Notes under the pieces: model-generated
Database searches by the model: none
What the model saw: only the letters and a program-made list of their open reading frames with translations
Told to the model about the DNA's origin: nothing
Program-made: the position numbers and the translations under genes
NCBI GenBank assembly: GCA_963795855.1
Contig: CAWCIZ010000003.1
Coordinates: 224,001-288,000, forward strand
Reading direction: 5' to 3'
Source of the DNA: Vulcanimicrobiota bacterium
GTDB lineage: Bacteria > Vulcanimicrobiota > Vulcanimicrobiia > Vulcanimicrobiales > Vulcanimicrobiaceae
Length of the DNA: 64,000 nt
In this document: in pieces, positions 11,153-22,377 of the stretch
Layout: each line of letters starts with the position of its first letter
Position numbering within the stretch: position 1 is the first letter of the stretch

Positions 11153-12045
11153 GTTCCGCCGCGCTCATCGCGATTGCAACGCTCGTTACGCTCACGCTTC
11201 TCAAAGCCACCCCCATCATCTACGCGGCGCTCGGCGGCGTCATCTCCGAGCGTTCCGGCATCGTCAACATCGGACTCGAAGGCATGATGGCCGGCGGCGC
11301 GTTTACCGCAGTCGTCTTCTCCGGTATGACGGGAAATCCGATCGTCGGTTTGCTCGCAGGCATCGGCGCCGGCGCATTGCTCGGCTTTGTCTTGGGCTTT
11401 GCATCGACCGTCTTCAAAGTCGACCAGATCGTTGCCGGAACCGGCATCAATCTCGTCGCCCTTGGAGGCGCCGCGTTCGCGCTGGTATTGCTGTACAATC
11501 AGCCGGGAGCGAGTCCGCAAGTGAACGCGCTCAACGCAGCGAGCGTTTCAATCGGGCCGATTCAACTGCATCTTTTGACGATTCTCGCGTTCGTGTGCGC
11601 GCTGCTTCTGCACGTCGCGTTGTATTACACGCGATGGGGTTTGCGCGTGCGCGCGTGCGGCGAGAATCCGCGCGCCGTGCACGACGCGGGGTTGCACCCG
11701 CTTCGCCTGCGCTTATATGCGGTCGTGCTCAGCGGCGCTTTCGCCGGAATCGGCGGCGCGTTTCTTTCGCTCGGCGAAGTGAATCTGTATTCCGACGGGA
11801 TGACGGCGGGACGCGGATTCATCGCGCTCGCCGCGGTGATCTTCGGGCGCTGGACACCGTGGGGCGCTACCGGCGCCGCGATCTTCTTCGGCTTCTTCGA
11901 AGCGTTGCAGTACGTGCTGCAGGGACGCATTGCGTGGCTCCCGAGCGACGCGCTGCAAGCGGTTCCGTACATCGCCGCGCTCGTTGCCATTGCCGGTCTC
12001 GTCGGCAAGGTTCGCGCTCCGGCCGCGGACGGGATTCCGTTCTGA
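11149..12045 (+). CDS. nucleoside ABC transporter permease 2
   Basis: SERSGIVNIGLEGMM, GLRVRACGENP, GRGFIALAA. Confidence 0.9.
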   Translation: MSSAALIAIATLVTLTLLKATPIIYAALGGVISERSGIVNIGLEGMMAGGAFTAVVFSGMTGNPIVGLLAGIGAGALLGFVLGFASTVFKVDQIVAGTGINLVALGGAAFALVLLYNQPGASPQVNALNAASVSIGPIQLHLLTILAFVCALLLHVALYYTRWGLRVRACGENPRAVHDAGLHPLRLRLYAVVLSGAFAGIGGAFLSLGEVNLYSDGMTAGRGFIALAAVIFGRWTPWGATGAAIFFGFFEALQYVLQGRIAWLPSDALQAVPYIAALVAIAGLVGKVRAPAADGIPF

Positions 12046-12113
12046 GCCTTCACCCGCCCCCGAGCGCACAGGGTGAGATAAAAGTCCCACCGAATTTTGC
12101 CGAAATTAGAAGT

Positions 12114-13142
12114 ATGGCTCGCCTTGCAGCACTCTTGGCGATTCTCGCGCTCTGCGTCTCCTTCTCGGCAAAAGCGCAGGCAGAGATCGACGTTCCCGCA
12201 CCGCTCGCGCAGCTGACGGCCGAATTGGCGAGCGTACCCGGCTACGCGCCCGGCCACGTGGCGCTCGAAATCCGGGACCTGGCCACCGGCTACACCTCGG
12301 GCGTGAACGCCAATACCGTGATGCCCGCCGCCTCGACGATCAAGATCCCGATCATGGTCGAAGTCTTCCGCCAGATGGAGGCCGGCACGTTCGATTTGAA
12401 CCGCCGCGTCGCACTCGAGGCGGGCGATCGCGATTGGGGCTCGGGCGACATCTGCGACGCGCCGCTCGGAACGGAAATTCCGGTTTCCGAACTGCTCGCC
12501 AAGATGATTACGGTGAGCGACAATACCGCCGCGAACATGCTCATCCGGCTCGTCGGCCGTAAGCACATCAATGCGACGATGGCCGATCTGGGGCTGCATC
12601 ACACGCATCTCGCGGGCTACATTCGCACCGCGGAATGGAGCGTGCGCAGCACGCTGCGCACCTCGCCTGCCGACATGGTCAGCCTGCTTTCCGACATGGC
12701 AAAGCATCGTCTCATCGACGAGTGGTCCTCGAACGAGATGATCGCGATTCTGGAGCATCAGGAAATCAACACGCTTCTGCCGGTGCCGCTGCCCGCGTAC
12801 ATCCAAATTGCGCACAAGACCGGCTCGTTCGACGACACGCTCAACGACGTCGGAATCGTTTACGGACCCGAACCGTATGTCATCGCCGTCATGACGACGG
12901 ATCTGCCGTCCCTCGCGTCCGGCCGCACGTTCATCCACCGGATCTCGAGCATGGCGTACGACGACATCCAAAAGTTCGGGAAGTGGCGCGCAGCCAACGA
13001 TATGCCGACGGCTCCCCTCGACGTCACCGGCGCTGCGAGCGCCGGCGCGGCAGCACCCAGCGCCGACGGAGCTTCCGACGCGCAAGACGTGCCGATGTGG
13101 GGAACCAGCGCGGCCTCGCCTGCGCCCGCCGCTACGCCTTAA
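12114..13142 (+). CDS. secreted serine hydrolase, class A beta-lactamase/PBP-A-like
   Basis: Signal peptide; STIK, SDN and KTG motifs. Confidence 0.85.
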   Translation: MARLAALLAILALCVSFSAKAQAEIDVPAPLAQLTAELASVPGYAPGHVALEIRDLATGYTSGVNANTVMPAASTIKIPIMVEVFRQMEAGTFDLNRRVALEAGDRDWGSGDICDAPLGTEIPVSELLAKMITVSDNTAANMLIRLVGRKHINATMADLGLHHTHLAGYIRTAEWSVRSTLRTSPADMVSLLSDMAKHRLIDEWSSNEMIAILEHQEINTLLPVPLPAYIQIAHKTGSFDDTLNDVGIVYGPEPYVIAVMTTDLPSLASGRTFIHRISSMAYDDIQKFGKWRAANDMPTAPLDVTGAASAGAAAPSADGASDAQDVPMWGTSAASPAPAATP

Positions 13143-14077
13143 CCGTTCGCCCCGCGTAAGTGCGCGTGAGCCAGCGTTCGTATGCGGGCTCTTTGCCGCG
13201 CACGATCCGCTCGTAAAACTCGCCCAAACGTTTCGTGATCGGTCCGATCGTCCCGTCGCCGATCGTTCGGTGATCCACCGAGCGGATATGCAGCACACCT
13301 GCAGCGGTTCCGGTGAAGAACAATTCGTCCGCGCCGTACAGTTCGCTGCGGTCGATCGAACGCTCGACGATCGGGAGATCGAACTCGTTGCGCGCGATGT
13401 CGAGAATCGAGCGGCGGGTGCAGCCTTCGAGCACGTTTTGAGACGGATCCGGCGTGTAGAGCGCACCGCGCTTGACCATGAAGATGTTCTCGGCTGAACC
13501 TTCGGACGACGTGGCCGTCGTGCGAGAGCATGATCGCCTCGTCGAATCCGTTGGCGACCGCTTCGCTCTTGGCAAGCGCGCTGTTCACGTACAGGCCGGT
13601 GATCTTCGCGCGCGGAGGCGCAGCGGAATCGTCGGCGCGCCGCCAGGAACTCGTGCCTGCTTTCAACCCTTCGGTTGCGTCCAGGTAACGCGTGAACGGG
13701 ATCGGGATGATTGCAAAGTAGTCTTCGACGTTGTGCAGACGAACGCCGACGTCTTCAGCCGCTTTGAAGATGCACGGACGAATGTAAATGTCCGTCTCGA
13801 ACCGGTTGCGCGCGCACAGATCGGCGGTTACTTCGATGAGTTCGTCGATGCCCAGCGGCAACTGCATCATCAGGATTTTGGCGGAGATCGCGAGCCGTTC
13901 GTAGTGTTCGCGGAGTTGCACGAGGAGGAGCTCGCGCTCGGCGGCGAGCCAGTAACCGCGAATGCCCTCGAAACAGCCGGTGCCGTATTGCAGTCCGTGC
14001 GTGAGCAGGCCGACCTTGGCATCCTCGTACGGGCACATCGACCCGCGAGCGTACACGGTGATCTTTGAAAGGTCCAC
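13132..14077 (-). CDS. ilvE: branched-chain amino acid aminotransferase; extra base near 13508
   Basis: HGLQYGTGCFEGIR, AKITGLY, (V)SEGSAENIF, LEGCTR, ELFFTGTAA. Confidence 0.88.
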
Positions 14078-14147
14078 GATTGCGCTCTCCTCCTTGCCGA
14101 GATACCGCGAGCGGGTCTGAAAGCCCCTCTCTGCGAAAGCGGCCGCC

Positions 14148-16397
14148 ATGCTCAGACGTGCACTTGCGCCTCTTCTGATTGCCGCAGCCGCCGGGAGCGC
14201 CGCAGCGGCGGCCGGGGGCGTGGTCATCCTTCCCAACGCATGGCGTCTCTCACCCGCCGCCGGTCCCGCCATCGGCACCGGGACGATGCCGCAGGGCCTT
14301 GCGCTCTCGCCCGACGGCAGAACGCTCGCAGTCGTCGAGTCGGGCGTGAATCCGCCGGCACTGCGGCTGCTCGAGACTCCGGGCTTGCGCGAAATCAAAG
14401 TCATTCCGCTTGACGGCGCGTTCGGCAAACCGGTCTGGCGCGATGCGACGCACGTTCTGGTGGCCGGCGCAAATACCGACAGCATACTGAACGTCGACAC
14501 GTCGAACGGATCGATCGCGCAGTCGTCCGCCGGGAAAGGCGCGTGGCCCGTGGCTGCGGCGATGAGCGCTTCCGGAACCATGGCGAGTGTGAACGATGGA
14601 TTCGGAAGCGTCGACGTTTCGGGAACCGCCGTGCGGACGGGAGCGCATCCTTCCGATGCGGTTTTTTCCACCGACGGTAAAACATTGTACGTTGCAAGCC
14701 GTCAACCGAGCGCGGTCGTCGCGATCGACGTCGCGTCAAAAAGCGTCACGCAAACGATTCCCGTCGGTTTGCACCCGTCGGCGCTCGCACTTTCTTCGGA
14801 CGGAAGCGAACTCTACGTCGCGGAAAGCGACGACGACGCAGTCGGCGTTATCGATACGCGCAGCAACCAGGAAGTCGCGCACGTTCCGGTCGGCCTCCAT
14901 ACGTCGCGTGCGGCCGGATACGGTGCGTCGCCGAATGCCTTAGCCGTGCACGGAGCAGACCTGTTCGTTTCGCTCGGCGCGGAAAATGCGGTGGCGGTCG
15001 TTCGCAACCGCCGCCTCGTCGAACGCATCCCGGTTGGATGGTATCCCACCGGCGTCGCGGTGGGCTCCGACGGAACCCTGTACGTGAGCAACGGCAAAGG
15101 CGAAGGCATGCCGGCGAACCCGCAGTTCAATCCGTTCCACCGTAGCGCGCCGGGATACGTCGGCTCGATAACCGTCGGTTCGGTGCGCGCGATTCCACCG
15201 TCGGCATACGCATCTGCGCGCGCGACCGCGCAAACTGCAGCGGCGATTGCGGACGCCGTGCCGGAATGGACGCCGGCGCCCGACTCCGCGACGGTTCTTC
15301 GAGCGCACGGCCCGATTCAGCACGTCATCTACGTCATCAAAGAAAACCGCTCGTACGATCAGGTGCTGGGCGACATTCCGAACGCGAACGGCGATTCGGC
15401 ACTGGTCGAGTTCGGAAGCGCGGTCACACCGAACCAGCATCTGCTGGCACGGCGGTTCGGCGTCTTCGATAACGCGTATACCGATGCGCAGGTCAGCGCG
15501 AACGGTCATAACTGGACCGATGCAGCGTTCGCAAACGATTACGTCGAGCGCTTTTGGCCGCCCAACTACGGCGGGCGCCGCGACGCGTACGACTTTCAAA
15601 GTGGGACCGCGCCCGACGTTCCGCACAACGGGTACTTGTGGGACGCCGCGGCGCGCGCACACGTCAACTTCCGCGACTACGGCGAGGACATCGACTTTCC
15701 GGGGCACGGCGTTGCAGTCGGCATCAACACATTCTCCGGGTTGCGGGGGGAGTTCGATCCGCGGTACATCGGGTGGGATTTGAACTACAGCGATCTTTCG
15801 CGCTACGCGGAGTGGAAGCGCGAGTTCGACGCGTTCGCCGCGCACGGCACGCTGCCCCAGCTCGAGATCGTGTATCTTCCGAACGATCATACGTACGGAA
15901 CGGCGCCGGGGCACCTTACGCCGCAGGCGTACATCGCAACGAACGACCAGGCAGTCGGAAAACTCGTTCAAACCGTGTCGCACTCGCGCTATTGGAAGAG
16001 CACGGCGATCTTCATTCTCGAAGACGACGCGCAAAACGGCCCGGATCACGTCAGCGATCAGCGGTCGACGTTTTACGTCGCGAGCCCCTATGCGCGAGGC
16101 GGAGTGCAGCATGGGCATTACTCGACGGTGAGCTTCGTGCGCACGATCGAACTGCTGCTCGGAATTCCGCCGCTCTCGATATACGATGCGACGGCGCGCC
16201 CGCTGTACGACGCATTTGCGACACACGCGGTGAACGCGGCGCAGTTCGACGCGGTGCCGGCGCGCACACCGCTCACTGCGACGAATAAGAAAACCGCGTA
16301 CGGCGCGGCGCTCAGCGCGAGGCTCGATTTCACACACCCGGATGCCGTCGATCCGAACGTTTTGAACGACATTCTCGCGCACGCGAGGCAACGGTAA
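14148..16397 (+). CDS. secreted YVTN/YncE beta-propeller fused to phosphoesterase (alkaline phosphatase superfamily) domain
   Basis: Signal peptide, repeated IPVGxxP propeller blades, KENRSYDQVLGD, LPNDHT, EDDAQNGPDHV. Confidence 0.85.
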   Translation: MLRRALAPLLIAAAAGSAAAAAGGVVILPNAWRLSPAAGPAIGTGTMPQGLALSPDGRTLAVVESGVNPPALRLLETPGLREIKVIPLDGAFGKPVWRDATHVLVAGANTDSILNVDTSNGSIAQSSAGKGAWPVAAAMSASGTMASVNDGFGSVDVSGTAVRTGAHPSDAVFSTDGKTLYVASRQPSAVVAIDVASKSVTQTIPVGLHPSALALSSDGSELYVAESDDDAVGVIDTRSNQEVAHVPVGLHTSRAAGYGASPNALAVHGADLFVSLGAENAVAVVRNRRLVERIPVGWYPTGVAVGSDGTLYVSNGKGEGMPANPQFNPFHRSAPGYVGSITVGSVRAIPPSAYASARATAQTAAAIADAVPEWTPAPDSATVLRAHGPIQHVIYVIKENRSYDQVLGDIPNANGDSALVEFGSAVTPNQHLLARRFGVFDNAYTDAQVSANGHNWTDAAFANDYVERFWPPNYGGRRDAYDFQSGTAPDVPHNGYLWDAAARAHVNFRDYGEDIDFPGHGVAVGINTFSGLRGEFDPRYIGWDLNYSDLSRYAEWKREFDAFAAHGTLPQLEIVYLPNDHTYGTAPGHLTPQAYIATNDQAVGKLVQTVSHSRYWKSTAIFILEDDAQNGPDHVSDQRSTFYVASPYARGGVQHGHYSTVSFVRTIELLLGIPPLSIYDATARPLYDAFATHAVNAAQFDAVPARTPLTATNKKTAYGAALSARLDFTHPDAVDPNVLNDILAHARQR

Positions 16398-17111
16398 GTG
16401 CATGCATGGGTCGCGGCGGGAACGACGTTCCTCGCCTCGGCGCTCGAGTTCGTAGAAGCGGCCACCATCGTGCTCGCGGTGGGATACACCGCCGGCTGGC
16501 GCACTGCGCTTACGGCAACGGCGTGGGCTGTTGCGGTCTTGATCGTCATCACCGGCGTGCTCGGTCCCGCGCTAGTGTACTGGGTTCCGCTCGGCGCTCT
16601 GCAAACCGGTATCGGGATCTTCCTGATGCTCTTCGGGTACACGTGGCTTCGCAAAGCGATTTGGCGCTACGCCGGGCGCAAAGCTCTGCGCGACGAGGAG
16701 GCGGCATTCAACGCCGAGATCGACGACCTGCGTAATCACGAGAAGCGCTTCGCGTTTGCCACCGCGTTCAACGGCGTACTGCTCGAGGGGCTCGAGGTCG
16801 CGATCATCGTCATCACGTTTTCCGCCGGACGAACGGGATCGTTCATCTACGCAGCGGCGGGTGCGCTGGTCGCCGGAATTCTCGTAGTTGGTCTCGCCGC
16901 GATGCTGCGGCGCCCGTTTTCGCGCGTTCCCGAAAACGCGATGGGATTCATCGTCGGAATCATGCTGCTCTCGTTCGGAACGTTCTGGAGCGGCGAAGGC
17001 GTCGGTCTGCATTGGTGGCAGGGTGAAGGGACGCTGCTGTGGATCGTCGGGTTCTATCTCGCGTGCGCATTCGTGCTCATCACGGCTTGGAAGCGGCCGG
17101 TCCGCGCATGA
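16398..17111 (+). CDS. COG4280-type membrane protein (FTR1-like duplicated ExxE motifs)
   Basis: FLASALEFVEA and VLLEGLEV repeats, RVPEN, FGTFW.GEG. Confidence 0.7.
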   Translation: MHAWVAAGTTFLASALEFVEAATIVLAVGYTAGWRTALTATAWAVAVLIVITGVLGPALVYWVPLGALQTGIGIFLMLFGYTWLRKAIWRYAGRKALRDEEAAFNAEIDDLRNHEKRFAFATAFNGVLLEGLEVAIIVITFSAGRTGSFIYAAAGALVAGILVVGLAAMLRRPFSRVPENAMGFIVGIMLLSFGTFWSGEGVGLHWWQGEGTLLWIVGFYLACAFVLITAWKRPVRA

Positions 17112-17284
17112 ACCGAGCGTGGAAATTCATCGCGGGGAATTCGCGCGTGACGCCGTTCGGTATCGCCGCGGCGGTAGCGGTCGCTGTGATTTTTCGCGCC
17201 GCGCTCGGCTGGTGGGCAGCGCCGGTCTATGTTGCGATCCTGCTCGCGACGCTCGCCGCGACCACCTTCGAACCGGTACAATAA
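17108..17284 (+). CDS. small hypothetical membrane protein (58 aa)
   Basis: ATGA overlap with the previous gene; two hydrophobic segments. Confidence 0.6.
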   Translation: MNRAWKFIAGNSRVTPFGIAAAVAVAVIFRAALGWWAAPVYVAILLATLAATTFEPVQ

Positions 17285-17291
17285 CAAGCCC

Positions 17292-18171
17292 ATGATCGAC
17301 GAACAACCCCGCCCCGGCTTGACGACTTCCGCGCGCATCCTTGCGTACGAGGGCGGATCGGTCCGCGAAATCGTCGACGATCTCGCCACGGAGGAGCCGC
17401 TGGAGATTCGGCTCGTGACGGATGATGGAACGCGCAGCCTCGCCGTCACGATGCGCACCCCGGGAAACGATTTCGAATTGGCGGCCGGTTTTTTGCTGAG
17501 CGAAGGCATCGTTCGCAGGCGCGGAGAGATCGCGGGAATTTCCTATTGCATCGATCCGCAGATCGACGCGCAGCAGCGCTACAACATCGTGAACGTTCAA
17601 CTCGGGCCGGGCGCGAACGCGCTCCCCGAGCGCCTGGAGCGGCACTTCACCGTCAACAGCGCGTGCGGCGTCTGCGGCAAAGCGAACATCGAAGCCCTGC
17701 AGACGCGCGCGCCGCGAATAGAAGATCCGGTGCGGATTTCGACGGAGTTCGTCGCGCAATTGCCGGAGAAGATGCGGCAGGCGCAGCGCGTCTTCGAAAC
17801 GACCGGCGGTCTTCACGCCGCTGCGCTTTTCGATTCCGGCGGAACGCTGCTCGCGCTACGCGAAGACGTCGGGCGTCACAACGCGCTCGACAAGATCGCC
17901 GGGTGGGCGCTGCTCGGCGGGCGGCTTCCATTGAGCGCCTGCGTGCTGCTCGTGAGCGGTCGCGCGAGTCTACGAATTGGTGCAAAAATGCATCGTTGCG
18001 CGCATTCCCGTGCTCTGCGCGGTCTCCGCTCCGAGCAGCCTGGCCGCCGATCTCGCCGCAAATTTCGGGATGACGCTGCTCGGCTTCGTGCGCGGCGGCC
18101 GCGCAAACGTCTACGCGGGCCGCGAGCGCGTCATTTCAACGCCGCCAGAAAATCGCGCAGCAGACCGTTGA
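17292..18171 (+). CDS. fdhD: formate dehydrogenase accessory sulfurtransferase; extra base at about 17969
   Basis: [40 protein letters not shown](YELVQK), VSAPSSLA. Confidence 0.9.
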
Positions 18172-18904
18172 AGCGTTCGGGCGCGTCGGCATTCGTGACG
18201 TGTCCCGCATCTGGTACGATCTCGATGCGCGCGCCCGGAATGCCGGCTGCGATTTCGCGAGAGAACGAGGGCGGCGCGACGGCATCGCGCTCGCCGCACA
18301 CGACGAGAGCCGGAACGGCGATAGTTTGCAACGCGGCGCGGTAGTCGCCCGTCCAGGTCGCGCGCGTTGAAGCGATGTATGACGGAACGCTCTTGCATGC
18401 CATTTGCTCGATGGTTTCATCGCAGCGGCGGCCGGGCGGCATGCCGAGTTTTCGCGCGCGCTCGTGCGCAAAGCGCTCCATCGTTCCGGCGCTCTGTACG
18501 GCGTCGATCACCGACTGCACGTAAGCGTTCGAGTGGGGATACGACGCGAAACTGCCGACGAACGTCAACGAGCGTACGCGCTCGGGCGCGCGCTTCCACA
18601 ATTCGAATCCGACGACGCCGCCGAGGCTGCAGCCGACGAAGTGAAAGCGTGCCGCGGCGGCCGCATCTGCAACGCCGAGAACGTCGTCGACGAATGCGTC
18701 GCGCGTAATCGCGTCAGGCGGCGGGTCGGGCTTTGGAACGCCGTTTCCACGCAGCTCGATCGCCAAGCACCGATACTCCGCGCTCAGCGGCTCGAGCTGA
18801 TAGTCCCAGATCGCCGCGGTAGAGCCGACGCCGTGCACGAAGACGATGGCGTCTTGCGCTGCGCCTGAAACGCGGGCAGTTGCAGCGTTCCTCACGGTAC
18901 GCAT
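18131..18904 (-). CDS. alpha/beta hydrolase
   Basis: HG oxyanion motif, GCSLGG nucleophile elbow, GERD, AGH. Confidence 0.85.
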   Translation of the reverse strand: MRTVRNAATARVSGAAQDAIVFVHGVGSTAAIWDYQLEPLSAEYRCLAIELRGNGVPKPDPPPDAITRDAFVDDVLGVADAAAAARFHFVGCSLGGVVGFELWKRAPERVRSLTFVGSFASYPHSNAYVQSVIDAVQSAGTMERFAHERARKLGMPPGRRCDETIEQMACKSVPSYIASTRATWTGDYRAALQTIAVPALVVCGERDAVAPPSFSREIAAGIPGARIEIVPDAGHVTNADAPERFNGLLRDFLAALK

Positions 18905-20622
18905 TCGCGCTTGCGGCGCACGAATCCGAGGACCTCATCCAAAGGTCGCGCGTTCAGCACGTCGTTGCGCGTCAGACCGGCACGCCGGGCCTGACTGACC
19001 GCCAGTTCGACATTCTGCAATTGCGACACGTCGTGCGCGTCGCTGTCGACCGTGAACGTGACGCCGAACGTCTTCGCACGCGCCGCCAGCGCCCACGGCA
19101 AGTCCAGCCGAGCGGCTTGTCCGTCGATCTCGAGCGCGGTGCCGGTGCGCGCCGCCGCCGCAAAGACGGCATCGTAGTCGAATTCGTATCCGGGAAACCC
19201 TTCCAGCATGCGCCCCGTGGGGTGACCGATAATGTGTACCTGCGGGTTTTCGCAGGCGCGAATGAGCCGCCGCGTCATGTCGTCGCGCGAAATGTTGAAT
19301 GCGGAATGCACGCTGCCGACGACGATGTCGAGCTGCGATAACAACGCGTCGTCGTAGTCCAGGGAACCATCCGGTAAGATGTCGACTTCGCTGCTGCATA
19401 GGGTGCGAACGCCGAACCGTTCGCCGAGCGCGGTAACGCGTCTGCGCTGCTCGCGCAGTTCGTCCGGAGTCACGCCGTATGCCGGTCCCCGGCCTATCGA
19501 ATGATCGGAAATCGAGTGATAGTCGTACCCGCGTCGAGCGGCCGCGCCGATCATTTCTTCGAGCGTTTGGTTGCCGTCGCTGAAGGTGCAGTGCATATGA
19601 AAATCGCCGCGCACGTCGTCGAGCGCGAGCAACGCCGGCAGCTCGCCGCGTAAAGCCGAATCGACCTCACCCATGCCGCTGCGCATTTCGGGCGGCACGT
19701 ACTGCATGCCCAAGTGTTCGTACACGCCCTCTTCATGGGCGGTCGTGAAGACGTCACCCGTCTCCAAGTTCAGGATGCCGTTCTCGCTCACGCGCAGTCC
19801 TTTGCGCACCGCATGCTCGCGCACTTGAATATTGTGCTCCCGGCTTCCGGTGAAGTGCTGGAGCAGGTTGCCGTACAGGTGATCGGGCAGCACGCGCAGG
19901 TCGATCTGCAAACCGTCTTCGAGCCAGATGCTTGCCTTCGTCGGACCTTCCGCGAGCACCGCGCGCGCGCGTTGCCATTGCACGAAGCGCTCGATGACCG
20001 CCGCAGCACTATCGCAGGTGCAGACGATGTCGATGTCGCCCACGGTCGGTTCCGCACGCCGCAGGCTGCCCGCATACGTCATGCGGTGCAGCGGCGGACC
20101 GTCCTGAAGAAACGCCATGACGTCGCGCGCAACGGAAAGCGCCTTTGCCAGCGGCGTGCGCCGCTGACGGCCGCGGTATGCGAGGATGCCGCGCCGCATG
20201 TTTTCCAGCGTTTTCCGCCCCATCCGCGGCGCGCTTTCCAGCACCCCGCCGTCGATCGCTTTCTCGAGATCCGCAAGCGATGCGATGTTGTACGTTTCGA
20301 AAAGAAGCGCGGCGGTTTTGGTGCCGATGCCGGGAACGCCCAAAACTTCGAAGATCGTGAGCGGATAGCGCTGCTGCAGCGTCTCCAGCTGTTCGCACGT
20401 TCCGGTGCGCAGCAATTCGTCGATCGCAGCAGCGAGCGATTTGCCCACGCCGGGAAGCGAAGTCAGCTCGCCGGCCGCGGCGAGCTCGGCGAGCGGCGGC
20501 GCGTTCTCGACGGCGGACGCCGCGCGTTCGTATGCCGTAAACTTGTAGAACGTTTCGCCCGCGAGTTCCATGAGCGTGCGAATCCGGGTCAGCGCCTGCG
20601 CTACTTCGGTGTTGGAGAGCAC
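18892..20622 (-). CDS. polX: DNA polymerase X / PHP domain protein
   Basis: HhH motifs PGVGK/PGIGTK, GSLRR, GDID, FTGS, PHP HMH...SDG, SDHS, HPTGR, DSDAH. Confidence 0.92.
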   Translation of the reverse strand: MLSNTEVAQALTRIRTLMELAGETFYKFTAYERAASAVENAPPLAELAAAGELTSLPGVGKSLAAAIDELLRTGTCEQLETLQQRYPLTIFEVLGVPGIGTKTAALLFETYNIASLADLEKAIDGGVLESAPRMGRKTLENMRRGILAYRGRQRRTPLAKALSVARDVMAFLQDGPPLHRMTYAGSLRRAEPTVGDIDIVCTCDSAAAVIERFVQWQRARAVLAEGPTKASIWLEDGLQIDLRVLPDHLYGNLLQHFTGSREHNIQVREHAVRKGLRVSENGILNLETGDVFTTAHEEGVYEHLGMQYVPPEMRSGMGEVDSALRGELPALLALDDVRGDFHMHCTFSDGNQTLEEMIGAAARRGYDYHSISDHSIGRGPAYGVTPDELREQRRRVTALGERFGVRTLCSSEVDILPDGSLDYDDALLSQLDIVVGSVHSAFNISRDDMTRRLIRACENPQVHIIGHPTGRMLEGFPGYEFDYDAVFAAAARTGTALEIDGQAARLDLPWALAARAKTFGVTFTVDSDAHDVSQLQNVELAVSQARRAGLTRNDVLNARPLDEVLGFVRRKRECVP

Positions 20623-20711
20623 GGTGAATGCTTCGTTTTCGCTGCGCGGCCGCCTCGCTTCCCGCCGCACGCGGGCGGGAACCGGTGGCCGGATGTCCTA
20701 TAAGACCTCAC

Positions 20712-21815
20712 GTGCCTAAGGCGAGACTCCGGCCGGAGATCTTCAATCTTCCGGTCGAAAAGATGCGCGACGGATACTACTCCGACACGTACTTCAATCG
20801 TGCGCGGCTGATTCTCGATCGCGACGGCCATCACCCGACCGTACGCATGCAGGTCTTTCAGCGCGGCGACTCCGTGCTTTGCGGCATCGACGAGGCGCTG
20901 GCGATTCTGCAGCTCTGCTCGGGGCGCCGGCGCGAAGACGGCACGTGGGAAGACGGGTGGCGGAGCCTGCGCGTGATGGCGCTGCGGGACGGCGATCGCG
21001 TCGAGCCGTACGAGACCGTGCTGACCATCGAGGGCGACTACGCACTTTTCGCGCACCTCGAAACGTGCTATTTGGGCGTGCTTTCCCGCCGTACGCGCAT
21101 TGCAACGAACGCGCGGGACATCGTCAACGCTGCGGGCGGCAAGCAAGTGCTGTTCTTTCCTGCGCGATTCGATCATCATCTGGTTCAAACCGGAGACGGA
21201 TACGCGGCATACATTTCCGGAGCGCTCGGCGTGTCGACCGATGCGAATGCGGAATGGTGGGGAGCGCGCGGCATGGGCACCGTTCCGCACGCGCTCATCG
21301 CCGCGTACGGCGGCGACACCGTGCTTGCAACGCAAAAGTTCGCGGAATACGCGGACGACGACGTGAACGTGATCTCACTCGTCGACTTCGACAACGACTG
21401 CGCCGGAACGAGCGTTGCCGTTGCGCGTGCGCTCGGCAGCCGTTTGTGGGGCGTGCGGCTCGACACGTCGGGAACGCTCGTGGACAAGTCGATATGGAAC
21501 ATGATGGGCACGTTCAAACCCACGGGCGTAATTCCGCAGCTCGTCTTCAACGTGCGCCGCGCGCTCGATGCCGAAGGTTTTTCACACGTCAAGATCGTCG
21601 TGAGCGGCGGATTCGATCCGCAAAAAATCCGGCAGTTCGAACGCGATCGCGTACCGGTCGATGCGTATGCCGTGGGCAGCGCGTTTTTCAGCGGCGCGGG
21701 CCAATTCGACTTCACCGCCGATATCGTCGCGCTCGAAGACGACGGCACGTGGAAGGAATGTCATAAGGTCGGGCGCCCGGAACGCCGGAATGCCGGTTTG
21801 GAGCTCGTGCAGTAG
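20712..21815 (+). CDS. nicotinate/quinolinate phosphoribosyltransferase family protein
   Basis: SDTYF, GTVPHAL, GVRLDT, IVVSGG, DFTADIV. Confidence 0.82.
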   Translation: MPKARLRPEIFNLPVEKMRDGYYSDTYFNRARLILDRDGHHPTVRMQVFQRGDSVLCGIDEALAILQLCSGRRREDGTWEDGWRSLRVMALRDGDRVEPYETVLTIEGDYALFAHLETCYLGVLSRRTRIATNARDIVNAAGGKQVLFFPARFDHHLVQTGDGYAAYISGALGVSTDANAEWWGARGMGTVPHALIAAYGGDTVLATQKFAEYADDDVNVISLVDFDNDCAGTSVAVARALGSRLWGVRLDTSGTLVDKSIWNMMGTFKPTGVIPQLVFNVRRALDAEGFSHVKIVVSGGFDPQKIRQFERDRVPVDAYAVGSAFFSGAGQFDFTADIVALEDDGTWKECHKVGRPERRNAGLELVQ

Positions 21816-21816
21816 C

Positions 21817-22377
21817 GTGGCGCTGCTCGAGATGCGCCAAGCCGCGCTCACTCGCGCGGGACGCAGCATCGTCGAACCACTGACGCTCGCACTCGACGAG
21901 AACGCGCGGGTCGCGCTCCCGTGCGCGAATGACGATGCGGCGTCGGCCGTCGCGCTCATCGCTGCGGGACTCGTCAAACCCACGTCCGGCCGCGTATTCA
22001 TCGCCGCTTTCGATCCACGCATTCAGCCGGTTCAGGCCAAGCGCATCGTCGGATACGTACCGCACGAAGCGCTCCCGCACGATTTTCCCTCGTTTTCCCG
22101 GTACATTGAATTTCGTGCGGCCTTGTGGGGGCTCCGGCGAGCAGAGAGTGTCGTGCGGGCGCGAGCATTGTTGAGCGAGCTCGACGGCGTGCACGAAGCT
22201 TTCGCCTATCCGCTCGTCGGCGCACTGCTCTCGCAGCCGCGGCTTCTCGTGCTCGATCGCCCGCAAAGCGCGTACGCCGAATCCATTTTTCGCACGGCGC
22301 GGAGCTGCGCGGTTTTCTCGACGCACGCGTCGGAACGCGAAGCGGAGCGCTTCCGCGGCGCGATGCTGCCGGCGTGA
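21817..22377 (+). CDS. ABC ATPase-like protein with degenerate nucleotide-binding motifs
   Basis: AGLVKPTSGRV, IVGYVP, PRLLVLD-P recognisable; Walker A and LSGGQ signature absent. Confidence 0.6.
   Translation: MALLEMRQAALTRAGRSIVEPLTLALDENARVALPCANDDAASAVALIAAGLVKPTSGRVFIAAFDPRIQPVQAKRIVGYVPHEALPHDFPSFSRYIEFRAALWGLRRAESVVRARALLSELDGVHEAFAYPLVGALLSQPRLLVLDRPQSAYAESIFRTARSCAVFSTHASEREAERFRGAMLPA

Noticed and set aside
12114..13142. Antibiotic-resistance beta-lactamase
   Set aside because: SxxK/SDN/KTG are shared with non-hydrolytic PBP-A-like proteins, and the class A omega-loop Glu could not be identified
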